Position numbers and translations under genes: made by a program. Under the pieces are notes generated by a model, which worked only from the letters and a program-made list of their open reading frames with translations, was not told where the DNA came from and ran no database searches. Positions 50,865-64,000 of a stretch of 64,000 bases of DNA are shown piece by piece. How positions within the stretch are numbered: position 1 is the first letter of the stretch; each line of letters opens with the position of its first letter. The DNA is taken from positions 372,001 through 436,000 of the forward strand of contig NW_027192203.1 of the NCBI RefSeq assembly GCF_041956535.1, read 5' to 3'. This stretch comes from Calcarisporiella thermophila CBS 279.70. Lineage: Eukaryota > Fungi > Calcarisporiellomycota.

Positions 50865-53800
50865 CTAGGATTCCGCAGACATCTCTTCCATCACCCGTTT
50901 GTAAATCTTGCGGTGCGGTTTGATCTCCTTCGCTACGCCTGCTGCCGAAATCTGCTGGTATCCACCGCGAGTGCTCACTGAGCTTAACCGCCTTCCGCCG
51001 GCCCACCCGCGGTTAAATAGCCAACGCCAGGTGGATCCAATAAAGCGTGAAAGAGGAGGGAACCAGTACTTTTCGCACCCATATGCCAGCGCGAAATACC
51101 CAACTCCTGCAACGCCGATGAACATGCGCCAGATAAGGGGCTCGGGGACCAGTTCCATCAGGGGAATGGTGTTTGCAGGGGCGAGGATCAAAGCCGTCGT
51201 CAATAGGAGAAGAAGCCCGGTGGTAATGACAAACGGCCCATTGGTCCACATTGGTTTCCGATAAGGCGGTCCAACGCTGAACACCACCGCAATCAGGATA
51301 TATTGGAAACAGCTAAAGAGGAAGAGGGTCGTGTTCTCAAAGCACAGGATATTCTGCCCCTCGGGGTCATACACCGGAGGGGTGTACCATGGCTGAGCGC
51401 GTACCGCAAAGAAGAGGAGCATTTGGAACAGGCCTTGAATAAGCACCTGTCCAATCAGCGAGGTGAGCACCTTTTTGGACACCAGGGAGGCCGTGGGCTG
51501 CTTGGGGAAGATTTTAGGATAGGCACCCGTTCGACCCATGAAGACGGCAATTGGCAGAATGAGGAACAAATCTATATACAGAAACTATGTAAATAGAGCA
51601 GAAAAGGGGCAAATTAGACACATTTCAGTCCGGAGGGTTTGCGAAGCAAATATCGCGCTTACCTGGAAATCGCCGAGGTTAGATGCGAACGAGTAGAGGA
51701 AACTCACGGTGGTAAACTGGATGAGCGAGTAGAGTGCCATGTATTTGAAACAGCTGAAGCTAGTAACAAGCGCCGCTCGACCCTCACGGATTAGCTTAAG
51801 CACGCAGCTGATGTCGGTGGAACGGCTCGTGAATGGAGCAGCAACTGAAGCTTCGGCCTCAGAGAGCGAGAGGCCGACATCAGCAGCACGGAGGGCTCCG
51901 CAGTCGTTTGCTCCATCGCCACAAAACCCGACCGAATATCCAATGGATTGGAGACGTTCAACCAGATCGTGTTTTTGATCCGGAGACATGCGCGCGTACA
52001 CCTGGCCCTTCACAAGCATCTGGGAGAGGAAAAAAAGGAGTAAGGTGACCGAGGTGAATAAATAGGAGAATGGGCAAAATACAGACCCTGTTCAACAGGT
52101 CGACAGGTGCAAAGCTAACCATCCACTCATACACGTCTCCACTAAGAGCAATGTCAAATTCATTGATATCGAACTTGGCGTAGGGAGATTCGGAGGCCTC
52201 TAGGACGGAATACCTTCGAGCTTCAGGCTGAAAACAGGGGTAAGAGTGAGCGGGAAGATTCAAACAGAAAACACGTAGAGGGTGGTGTTTACCATCAACG
52301 AATCAGCTTTTAATCTATCATTTGGATCGTCTACATTTTCCCACACCAACGCGCTATCTTCTTCCTGGGGCCCACCTGATAAAAATTTGCCTACGTAGAC
52401 ACGGCCCTGCTTATTGACAATTCCGCACTCTCGCGACACTGAAATGGCGGTGAGAACATTGTCACCGGTACACATGGTTTGGCGAATGCGAGCCTCGCGC
52501 AAAATGGAGATGACGGGGGAAGTTCCTGGCTTGAGTTTATTCTCAAACACAATGAAGCCTAAAAAATGCAGGTCGGATTCAACTTGCTCGCGCTTGATCT
52601 TCTGCGCCTTGACCCAAGTGAGACCATCTAGCCGTTTGTATGCGCAAGCAATCACTCGGTAACCATGATGAGTGTAGTAAGAAAGCTTTTCCATATAATC
52701 CTCAGGAACTAGGTATGGGAAAGAAGAGTTGGAACCAATGATCAACAAAGAGAGGAAGGAGAGAGAGGGAGATTTTGGATTTGGAACTTACTTGTGTCCT
52801 TTGCACATATTTCGCTCATGATTTCCGGAGCTCCCTTCACATATGCCTCCATAGTCTTACTCTTCAGACGCTTTATAATGACGCTCATCCGCCGTAGAGA
52901 GGAAACGAAATCAAAAGTGCGGATAATTCCCAATTCCAGGAAGGACATATCCTTATTATCGCTTAACACTTCAAGTCGGAAGCTTCCTACGCCTGGGGGC
53001 CGCACCACGGTGGGCACAATTCCACGCCCTTTTTTGCTTGGTTTGGCCCCTGGTATATTGATTTCTGATAGGGCATTTTTATCTCCCGCGCTGTCTGCCG
53101 AGAATCCACCCTCCTCCAACGTCCACCGTGTAAACTCAAACATCTTCAGGTCGAGCGGATCCCCGATCAACTCACCGTTCACCAGTTTTAGTGCGTGGCA
53201 AGTCGCCATGGCGCACAGCATTGGGGGTGGCCCACGGCCCTCCCCATTCCCGGACTCATCTACCGACGAGTTCGGATTGATTATTCGAGAGGAAGGGATT
53301 ACCTCAGCCGCATGATACAGATCGGTAAACCGTCCCTTTTCCCGATTTACACACCGAATTCCGAGCACGTCAAGTCCCTCTTCCGTTAGTGTGCCCGTCT
53401 TGTCAAAGCACATTACATCGACTTTGCCAGCAACATTGACACGATTGGGTGATATACAGAATATCTCTTTCTCTCGAAGCCGGCGTAGCGCAAAATTGGT
53501 GCCGATAGTCATGGTGGCTGGAAGCGCTGGGGGAACAACGATGGTAATAAGATCGAGAGCGCGGAGCATCATTTCCCACTTATCGAAGTTTAGCTTAATG
53601 AAATTATATAACGACACAAAAAACCCGCAAATGGCTAGAGTAGAGGAGGATATCAAATGCATTAGAATAGGATCTTTGGATGGCCTTGTTCCGTTTGCGT
53701 CTATATATACCTAGAAACGCGAGCACACCAATAAACTTGAAAGAGTCTTGATAAAATTTAAATACATTCGGTCTCGGGAATAGGATTGCTCGAACCAGCG

Positions 53801-55871
53801 AACCTTTTGCAGTGTTAAAGCCGGTCCGTACAACCATCGCCAGCGCACGACCTGTTGGAGTACGGTCATCCGCAATCGTTCCCATCACCTTATCTCCTCT
53901 CACACGAACAATTTTTGTGCCAGAAAATAGGAAGTGCTTCGCAACCTCGGGTGGGATATTGCTCTGACCAGGATCCAATTGGCGTAAAGCAGCATCGGTG
54001 GAGGGTATTTTTGCGACGGGTACTGATTCACCCGTTAGCATAGATTCATTCACAATACAATCACCGGTGAGCAGCAAAGCATCGCATGGGAATATCTGTA
54101 AATCCGCCTCCGCCACATCGAATATATCGCCAGGCACGAGATCTTCGGACTTGATTTCACGCCAAAGCCCGTTACGGCATACTAGCACATTACACGAGAA
54201 GCGAGACATCTCTCGCATTTTCTTAATGTTCTATTGTATAGAAATAGAACGTTAGGATACTAACACTAACTGTGGAATGAGAATACAATTGCTTACCCTT
54301 TTGGTGTCTATTAATGAGAACACAACGCTCACAGTGGATATAATCAGAATGGTGACGGCATAGTAGTAGTAGTCGTTTATGGTCCACAGGAGAATGGAGA
54401 ATATTTGAAACACAAAAAATGGGTGGAGAACCTTTATACAAAATACGTACACGATAAGTAAGTGGTTTGGGGGGAGGAGGTGGGAAGGAAATCCAATTCA
54501 AACCTCATCAAATAATATCCGGAAGGTAGACTTTTCGTGAATATCAATAAGGTTCTCGCCAAACACCATTTTGCGTTCACGGTGGGTCTCACGGTTCAGG
54601 CCGTTACGAACAAATCTAACCGCTGTCCATTGTCTATCTTTCCAAAATCTATAAGCGGTTTTTTAAAAAAATTAAATATGGATACGTCGATGAGTTATCT
54701 ATTGTTAATTCTTAGGGAAGATGCATTCATACCCATTCTGAACAAATTGTTGGAATCCAGGATGAAAAACAAATCGAATGTATCTGTAATCGAAGTACTG
54801 AAGATTCCAGAGAATGTCAGTGGGACGCCATTTCGATTCCCCATTCTCGTTATTAGTTCCAACATAGTCCTCTCTTGAAAACACAGATGATATCTGGCCT
54901 CCAAAATAGTCATGATGCACGCGCTCAATGGTTAATTCTCCCCATTCATTCTATGGCAAATTGAATGGACAGACAGGGAGGTTTAAAATTCATACTCATA
55001 GAGGACTTAGGGAAAAGTTAGCTCTAACGATTAGATTACCTCTACCACCATGTAATTCGCCTCATTAAGAGGGCATTTGCGACCTGCAAATCTGATATAA
55101 ATGCTCGGTATCCACCGACCAAGCAAAAATAGCAGACCACCCGTAAGTATACAACTTCCATAATAAAGGAAGAGCATAAGGCTATTAAAGTGATAACCGC
55201 TTAACCAGATCTACAAATACAGTAGAAATAAGCTGCCGCGCAGAAGACTCTTTCAACAAGTTTACGTACTTTTAACCCTTCTTCCTCCAAATAGATTTGC
55301 TGCACACTTATATTTTCAGAATCAGCTTCCGATCCTAAGTTGATTCAAAATTAAGTATTTGGAACTATTTCATCACTGACTAATTTCTCTCACCAAATCC
55401 TTTCAAGCGAACTTCACCTAATCGAGACTTTGTTCCGCTACCTAGCATGTTATGAGCTACGGTCATTTCATCGTCTTCCTCCATTTCCAGCTCATCGTCT
55501 TCATCCTCATCCTCTTCTTCTGTATGATGGAGCGTTCGATCCTCCTCAAATTGGTCAGACAACAATCCAGCAGCCACATGATTCCGCATCGCAGAAGGAA
55601 GGCTTCCTGAGGATAAAACAGGGACTTCGTTAAACTCAGAATTAGAATTGAAGACCGGTGGTGAATAAATCAGAGGTTGTTCAGTTGCTCTCAGTGCTTT
55701 AGAGTTGCCTAGAGAGGATGTCAAGGGACTCGAAACCATGGGGGGAGGAGGCTCTTGAGGGGGGGTGCCATATTTGTTGTGACGAACACGGGGCGACCCG
55801 ACAATAGATGGAGGACCAGAGTGCACCATGTCGAAGCTCGAAGAACCACGAGAAGGTGGAGTCTGTGTCAT
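50865..55871 (-). CDS. YPK9: P5B-type ATPase (Ypk9/ATP13A2-like polyamine transporter); about 12 exons
   Basis: [86 protein letters not shown]. Confidence 0.95.
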
Positions 55872-56474
55872 CGCCAAGGCATAAGACTTAGAAAAGATGT
55901 AAGAAGTAGGTGATTATGGGAGGGTGCCGGAGGGCGTCACTTTGCTAATCTGAGGTATTGGAGATCAAATCAACCAAATAAACAGCAGGAGCAGAGATCT
56001 GAAAGAAGCTAAATAGAGGATGGTATACAGCAGAAATTTGCGCTCTACAGAGAGAAGTGCCAAAGTTGTGAGCCGCAAGGGAAGTGGCAGGAAGAGATCA
56101 CTCAAGAAAATGCAATTGCTTAAGATAGGGCATAAAATAAGCACAAAACCATCAGCTGTCTCTTTCTCTTCTTATGGTGGTATTTCTGCCTAACTTTTAC
56201 AGGCGACAAACTATTCAGACGATGGATTATAAGGCAATTGAAAAGGAAAGAGGTGCTGTAGGGAGGTCTCGAGTTTGTTTAAATGAGGAAATAAATTTTT
56301 AAGATAACTTACCAGTTGGGATTACTCACAAGGGCTTTCGAGTTGGAACTGAGATTGGAAATATCCATACATTATCCCACTTCCGATTTCGTATTGCTCA
56401 GAGTTCTATCTTAACATAGAAATCTTGGAGTTGAAAGGGCTTTTCAACATCAATCCGATCACCTGATTTGAAAG

Positions 56475-57441
56475 ATGGACGCTCCAGCTGGCTCAGAACT
56501 CTTCCAGAGCTATGAACAAGATTACACCACCCTTGCAGATAGCTTGCAGGCTAAAATCCAACATCATATACCTTCCCAGACTGGAGGTACCGACATTTTG
56601 TGCCGAAGAATATAAAAAATATCCATTAAATCAGCGATTATTAACTCATCCATCCAATTAATAGAACAGAAGAAGACCACTGTTCGAGCGGCAGAGCGTG
56701 AGTTGGAGGAGGCAGATGAGATTGTATGCATTGATATTCTATTTGGAGAGGTGCGGAAATTTGCTAAAATGACTTCTTAATTCATAATATAGGTAGCGCA
56801 AATGGAGATGGAAGTTCTTAATCTTCCTCAATCGGCGCGAAATCGTTTACAATCTCGTCTACGTAGCTATAAATCTGATCTAGACAAACTCAAACGTGAT
56901 TTGGTTAGTAGATCTATCCTTCGCCGGTTCAGTATGACAGTAATATTAAATTCTGGGTTGATAGAAACGCACCATTAGCTCTGCACCTTCTATGGATCCT
57001 CGTGAAGAACTCTTCGCTGGAGTAGGAAATGATACCTCTTTTGATGCTGCCGTATCTGATCAACGTTCCCGACTTCTGAGCGGTACCGATCGTCTGGCAA
57101 ATAGTAGTAGAAGACTACAGGAGAGTCATCGGATCGCACTCGAGACGGAGAGTATTGGAGCAAATGTCCTTGGAACGCTACGCCAGCAACGAGAGCAAAT
57201 TATAAATACCCGTGACACGCTTGGTGATGCAGACTCTTATATTGATAAGGCGCAGCGTACGCTCAAGGGCATGGCGAGAAGGTTCGGATGTAGCCCCTTT
57301 CTTGAGACCTCTGTACTCAGTCCTTGAGCCTAACATCTCATGATTTCTAATAGGATGGCCACCAATCGCTTGATTACTGCAGCTATCATTATTGTGCTCG
57401 TTGCATTGATTTGCCTTGTGATCTACCGCAAATTTTTCTGA
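56475..57441 (+). CDS. VTI1: Qb-SNARE Vti1; 5 exons
   Basis: SELFQSYEQDY, ELEEADEI|VAQMEME, DQRSRLLSGTDRL, ESHRIALETESIG, QQREQI; C-terminal TM LITAAIIIVLVALICLVIY. Confidence 0.95.
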
Positions 57442-57853
57442 GAACGTGCTCTACTTGCAAAATATTTCGCAGCCTCATTAATGATATTTTCCTCTCTTTA
57501 TCTACACAACATGTAATTTCACATTTTTTTCCCCCTTATTATGCGTTTTCTTTCTTTCCTTTTGTTCTTTTCCTAATATAAAGGATTTTTTTTTCTATAT
57601 GTAGCCTTTTGTAGAAGCACACACATATAAAACTATTCTTTATCTTTACTTTTGCACAACAATATAAAAAACCAAAAAGAAACATTCAAGCAAAGAGAAA
57701 AAAAAAAGAAAGAAAAAACGAAATATATATCTCTCACCCGCTATCAAGGATATAGTTAAAGAAAAGGAAAGAAAGATAAGAAAATATGAATATATACCAT
57801 AAAAGAAATAGGAGTTGCGTAAGGGGTTCTATTTTATTTTTTTGGCGAGTAGG

Positions 57854-59201
57854 TCATTTTAACTCCAACCATTTTTTCAAGCAACTGTAGGGGTTAAAGT
57901 CAAAGTTATCCTCAACTTTGCATGCACAGGTCTTATAAACGTCAGTGTCTGCCGCAGGGCAATGGAGGAAAGGCGAGACCCGATAACCAATATCATTCCA
58001 GAAGTGAACTTCTTTCTTGCTCAAGAACAGGTAAGCACTTAATGAAGTCATCACCGCATCTCCCCTATAGAAAATTTGCAAAAATTTAATACCAAGTATT
58101 GGCGATCTCGATAATTATTAAAATAATCAATAAATATACCATCGCTCATAAAAGATGCCGCCGCTCTTGTCAAGGAAGTCAAAGTATTTAGTGTACTGCT
58201 CACCACGGAAGAATTTCAAATCACCAATCTAAGTACCAATGCATATGTTAACAGAGCTCTAATTTGTTAGCGAATAATGGAACTATGGGGGTGGAATTAC
58301 CAAGAAATTCGTCCAGAAGTGGCATAAGTTAAAGTCTCCTTGCTCATTCAGCATGAATTTACGGATGCCGTCTTCACCTTGATATACAAGATCTGAGTTT
58401 TTCTCAGCAAACTCCTGCATGGTACGCCATAGGGTGGGAATTGTGTCGTGGTACTCATACATTGAGACAGAGAACGTGTATTTGATGCCATTCTTATGCA
58501 TAAACTCAAACGGATCGTAAGAGAGTGAGCAGAGGAACTCACTTCCAGGTTCGAATCGCCAGAAATAATCATAGTTTTGGAAAATAGGGTCTCTGGTAGA
58601 GCCATCAATGGATGTTAGTGCTGCGTAAGAGTTAAAATCGATTAGCAAGAACTTACTTGAACATGGTTCCAGCAAGGAATCGTGATTGTAACCGATAAAA
58701 TTCAGAGTCGCCGTATAAAATTCCCTTCATTGCTTGTCGGGTGGCATTTGCTTTCTCCATGTTAATCCACTTCGGATAACCCCACAATTCTTCAGGGATT
58801 TTTTTGAAGATGACGGATGCATTCTTGGGCAGCGAGGATACCAATTCTTTGAATTCATCCGAGAAGTCTTCATCGCTGAAAATAATATAGGGGTATCCAT
58901 GCTGCGCGTTGAAGGAGTCCTCGATATTTCTCATTGTAGGACGAACGCGATGGAGCTGGTCATTTCGTGCATAGGTGACAATGGCAGCACGTAAATTGGG
59001 ATTGGGATGATGGACATCCAATGATTCATGATATTCCCAGGTATTATCTTCATAGCGCGGGTAGGATTCGGAACCTGTGAATTTTGACCTTGTTGAACGC
59101 AATAGCATATGCCGGCTGGAAGCAATAATAAGTAAGGCAACGCATATAAAGGTGATGATCAGGCCCATCCGGAAGCCGCTAGGGCGAAGTAGTTTCGGCA
59201 T
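57854..59201 (-). CDS. GT15 alpha-1,2-mannosyltransferase (Kre2/Ktr family); 4 exons
   Basis: Type [70 protein letters not shown]|GDA. Confidence 0.94.
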
Positions 59202-60628
59202 GATGGCGCGTGCTAGAAATTAATAGTAATACCAGTATGTATAAAAGAACGATGAAAATAGGGGCTTGATGTATTAAGAAATAAGAAGGAATGAGATAAG
59301 ACAAATGCCTATGCTAGTATCTGTGGTGGAGCAGAAATAAAAAATAGACTAAAAAATGATCATAATTTGGGAACGCCAGGTTCCCCGACTGGCAATGTGC
59401 GTCAATCTTTTGAGAAATTTAGGTTCCTAAGAGCTAGAGAGAAATGGGGATAATCAGAAGTACGGGGGATGGGATATTCGGCGAAAGAAACAATTTGGAG
59501 CAGTGATAGCGAAGGGAATAGCCGGAATATCCCCGAGCATAGACCCCTTAGTGGTTGTCGGTATAGAGCCCTAACCCAGCGTTTGCCCTTCTAAGTCTTC
59601 CTGCTGAAACACAGCCAAGATGAAGTGGATCACCTCTTCCCCGTTGGTCATTTGCTTGTTGCTCAATGTGTAAGCGGAATATGAAGATTAATCCTAAATC
59701 CTCTTTTCAGTTTCAGCTCCTCGCTTTTCCTCAAATGATTGTAATCTCCATTATCAAATGCTATCGGGATTAGAAGCAAAGCCATCTGTTACTTGTGTGG
59801 CTGCGAATCCTTTTCTCCTTGATCCCTTGGAAACGGAGCCGCTAGTACAAGACTCGCTAACCCCCCCGAAACGGGCTTAGGGCCCAATCTGCTTTGGATT
59901 GTTTTCCAATCTTTTAATTGTTTATTTCGTTTTCTCGAATCATCAGATTTCTTGGGCTTAGCCTCCCTCTGACCTCACTTTTTTTGCTTCAGAAAACAGA
60001 GATTGAGGCACAGCATCTCATCAATCAAAATTCTGCCGGCTCGCTCCTTCCCATTTTTCTCTTCTTCCTTTTTTTCTCTTCCTCTTTTTCATCCCATACA
60101 CATTATTCTACTAGCAGCGACCCGTCCATTCTTCGATATCTTTATCACTCCCGTTTGCTTTTATTTATATTTCTTTATCTTTTGTGTTTTTGAACAGGCT
60201 AAGCAACCATCCACACACTTACAGCAGGAATATGGTATTTGAGATTGACCGTCAGTTATTATTTGTGAATAAGTCGCAAAGGTCGCAAGTTTTGGCCACC
60301 ATCTCTCTATAGCCTTTAGTCTATTATCCCCCTTCTCCTCTGCTCCTACTCCATTTGCTGGAGGGGCTCTCAATTTTCACTTATTTTACCATCTACAATT
60401 TGTGTTGATTGCTATCGTGTCTATTTCTCTTTTGATCCTCTTCATTTTGAGGTTGCAAGAGAAGGGGTGGCTATCTTTTCTACTCTGTTTCCCTCTTGTT
60501 TAAATTCTTTAATTCATAAATTTTTTGCTGTTTAATCATTCTGTCTATTTACTTGTTTTATTTTCTTTTCTCTTTATAATTTATTCACCACCCTCCTCTC
60601 TTTGATTTTTATTCTTTCTGTTTTCCCT

Positions 60629-62110
60629 ATGGTTTTTATCAACGGCACCAAGTACGCCTGTGCGACCTGTATCAAGGTGAGTAGAGCTCTATTTCCCTCT
60701 AGTTCACACTTGTTTTTCACATCTCGCTTCTCTAGGGTCATCGCTCAACTCAGTGTCATCATGCAGATCGCCCTCTGTACGAGATTAGACGTAAAGGAAG
60801 ACCGCTCAGTCAATGCCAGCACTGCCGTGAACTGCGTAAGAACAAGCAGCTTCACATCAAGTGCAATTGTAGCGAAAAAATAAAAGGGGTATGCGTCACT
60901 TTCAGATTCTTGATTCATCCTTGGGTTGGGCTCATTCCTCTCTTTTTTAATATTAGGCAACGATGAGCCCGCTCTGCCCTTTGGCATTCTTGGCCTTTTG
61001 CCCATTGCTTCGTCCAATTGTGACCACAATTTCACAGAATCAGCCCATTGTTCCTGCTACTCTGCTCGCCATAATCTTGTGGGTTACGATGAGAAGGGTG
61101 CGCCTTGCTATCAGACAATTCCCCTCCCCACCGACAGCTCTGCCATGCCCCAACCGATGGTTAGAAACCAGAAGGGCGATTTATCTGAAAGCGGTACCCC
61201 TCCACCTCGTTTTGGTATGGAGCACTCGGAATCTCCCCATAAAGTGGTATCTGTACCGTCGAATGAGCACAATCTCAACCCTGTGTTTATCTCTTGCACC
61301 CTCCCTTCAGCTAGCCTGAAGGACAAAACTAAACTGGAAGACAGTTCCGCCAACCTTGACTATCTCTTGGCAGCGCAACCTCGTAGTGAACGCTCTTCCG
61401 TCTCTGCTGTTTCACACGACGGGAGCGGCGATGAACTTGGAGAGACGACTACTCTGTGCTCAAACAAAACCGCGACCGTAGCCAACTCTACCAACTCATT
61501 TGCCATTCCTAGCGTTCCGCGCAATAAGGCAGGACATATAGCCGAGCTCCCTTCCCCAATGTCATCGCCCAACGAACAGTTGAACGGATGGATCGGCCCC
61601 TCTTCGGCTCCTGTTTCCACCACCAGTCTAGCCTCTGTTCCTCACGCCTTTGCTTATGTATCTGGGTCGGCTTCTGCTTCCACCACTGATCTATTGAACC
61701 ATACTACATCCTATCCCACAGCCCCGCCCACAGATTATTCTGGCACTGCCAGTTTCTGTGGCTCTGCCACCAGCGAAGGCGAAGATGCCGATATGGATAA
61801 CGATACGCCCGCGTACTTGTCTGAATGCGAGTTTGCGTTGGATGAACAGCAGCGTGCGGCCCTGCTCAGTGAGCTTGACCGTACTTGTAGCGACGATTTT
61901 CTCAGCCAAATCTATGGCGGCTACTCCAATGTCCAACGCGACACACCCTACGCTGCATCTTCTACTGCGTCGTCTGTTGTTGGAGCTGGAGACGAGAGAG
62001 ATGGAGAATTTAATGATGGTCTGGCGATGAAATGTACTTCCTTAGACTCCTTTGAGTGCTTTGGGGATCTCTGTGAGGAGTATTTGCTGGGTGAGCAACC
62101 GCCGATGTAA
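60629..62110 (+). CDS. Copper-fist DNA-binding transcription factor (Mac1/Ace1/Cuf1 family); 3 exons, second donor ambiguous
   Basis: MVFINGTKYACATCIK|GHRSTQCHHADRPLYEIRRKGRPLSQCQHCRELRKNKQLHIKCNC; Ser-rich and acidic last exon. Confidence 0.9.
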
Positions 62111-62506
62111 CCCGATCTCCCACTGCACTTTATAGGTTTTTTTAGTTTTAGTTTTTTTTTTTTTTTCTTCTCCCTTTTATTTTCTTCCGCTTATTATATA
62201 TTGTTTATATTTCCTTTTTTTATCGATAGGTTATATTTAGGCTTCTCTTTCTTCCCCTCTTTATTTTTCATTGCAAGATTTCCAAGGTTTTTATTTTCTT
62301 TCCCGAAGCAGTTGTAGATCAATTTTTTTTTTTGTTTTGTGAGTATCTGTGACGAGGCCTTTGTATGAAATGTCACTTTTTCTCTCTTTCTCCCTCTTCC
62401 CTTGGAGAATAAATGTTTATGGTCATTTTTTATGGAAAATTATAAATTCAAGGCAGACAATGAAAAGTGTAAATATATAAAGACGCTACAAGAATCGAAA
62501 GATTTT

Positions 62507-64000
62507 TCAGGTCTTGTTCGTATTGACATATTCATTATACCTCTCTCTAACAAATATCTTACAAAGCTCTAGGAACTTGGGCTCCTCCTCCTTGCTTAAA
62601 CCTTTGCTTGGAATGGTAGCAAGCTGCCACTCCAGAACATCCTGCAGGAGATTTCTGATGACGGGGCCCGGTCGGATCCCTAGCAGCTTTGCAACCTCCT
62701 TGCCCTGTGATCAAACCATAGATAAATATTAGCCAAAAAATGGAGGTATCCATATACAACATGCTTGTATTATATGGGCACAAGCATTTGGTAACTCAGA
62801 ATTGAAAAAAGGACATACATCAAGCAGTGGTCGCATCCTCCAGCACTCCTCGAGATGCTCATCACGGATCATCTGCATCAGTGCCTGGTATCTTTGAATA
62901 ATACTTGCCACCTGCTCACTTGTATCCAATTGTTCGTACAGCGGCAATAATTCGTCTATTAGCGATGTTGTAATGGTAAGCGGCCAACTCGGCTGCATAA
63001 CTTTGGTGGAAGCGATGTCCATGATCAGGGTCCCGAGTTTGACACGGGTGAGCGCGCCAGCTTCATGCTTGCGGACGGCCTCTTGAATGGTGGAGCGATA
63101 GTGCATCAGTTTGGAGATAGTCTCATTGTCCGAGTTTGCAAACTATAGAGGATACTATTAGCGACAGGCACTAAACAAGGAAAGGGTTCCGGACTATCTA
63201 TTCTACCTTTAGGCCTTCTCGAATAATAAAGTGTACAGCCGGTACTTCCTTTTTCTTGTCCATTGCTACCATTGACCGGTACGGCATCAGAGCCGAAACA
63301 AGCCACATGAAGCGCTGCTGATCCTCGGTTGTCACCGGAGTATACCGGGTTTTGGCTCTGTTCGCAAGTAGCCAAGCAAAGATTCTAGCAGCGCGGATAC
63401 CGACCTCAAAATCTTCAATCTCTCCCTCCACTACCTTGACCTCTGAAGGGAAGAGGAAAACAGAATCGTAGAGACCAAATTCAAGAATATGCTCAAAGGC
63501 CATTACCGGGTTAGGACCTGTGGAGTCAAAGGAATATTAAAACTTGGCACTTCGTTATTTAAAGCATATTATACTATACCTCGAATCATCCTGTCTACCT
63601 CTGTTCCAATCCGCTCTCGACTAATTTTCCAATGTAATGCCTCGCGGATACGCTCATCTGCTGCCGCGGTCTTAATGTTTTCAACCAAGCGGAAAGAAAA
63701 GCGGCTTGCAAAGCGTATACAGCGCAAGACCCGCAATGGATCATCTCGGAATGTCTCGAAGGCGGGAAGGGGCGTCCTTACAATCCCTTCTGCTAAGTCT
63801 CTGATTCCCTGATATGGATAGAGGATTAGACAGGGGAAAAGCATGCGAAGAGTGGAAAAGATGAATAAAAGAAAAATCCCCCACCTGGCCAGTATAATCC
63901 TCCACTCGGTGACTATGTACATTATAAAACAGGGAATTGATGGTGATATCTCTCCGATAAGCGTCTTCTTCCGGAGTCCCGAATTGCACTTCTTTGGGGA
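62507..64000 (-). CDS. CCA1: CCA tRNA nucleotidyltransferase, 3' part (5' end outside window)
   Basis: FGTPEEDAYRRDITINSLFYN, TFRDDPLRVLRCIRFASRF, ISRERIGTEV, PLLD|GKEVAKLLGIRPGP...WQL. Confidence 0.95.

Noticed and set aside
1-64000. Selenoprotein, stop-codon readthrough, CRISPR or bacterial-HGT signals
   Set aside because: No in-frame TGA was needed in the gene models I spliced by hand, and I saw no spaced direct-repeat arrays or operon-like bacterial genes

Overview
Gene-dense, intron-rich eukaryotic DNA (short GT-AG introns of about 60-90 nt, CTAAC-like branch points), not prokaryotic. The gene content (Zn2Cys6 factor, fused Egt1, GT15 mannosyltransferase and copper-fist factor alongside Rab32 and a CINP-like gene) suggests an early-diverging fungus, probably Mucoromycota; this is inference. 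I could reconstruct about 31 protein-coding genes by hand-splicing. Most are housekeeping: ATP1, TBCA, BUD13, RIC8, a HAL-family kinase, CK2 alpha, gluconokinase, MKT1, ATG10, EGT1, MED31, a USP protein, a Cu-ATPase, a Sel1-repeat protein, CWC25, a P5B ATPase, VTI1, a KTR/KRE2-family enzyme and CCA1. I found no convincing rRNA, tRNA, CRISPR array or intact transposase, and no clearly new multi-gene system. The best leads are: (1) competing 5' splice sites in the copper-fist gene giving full-length versus truncated protein; (2) an intact 4-exon gene with transposon-accessory-like motifs in an AT-rich island at 31.5-36.8 kb; (3) a 14-Cys single-pass membrane protein with PY motifs; (4) retained animal-like genes (Rab32, CINP-like); (5) a GC-AG intron in RIC8; (6) a spliced 60-aa microprotein missed by the ORF track.
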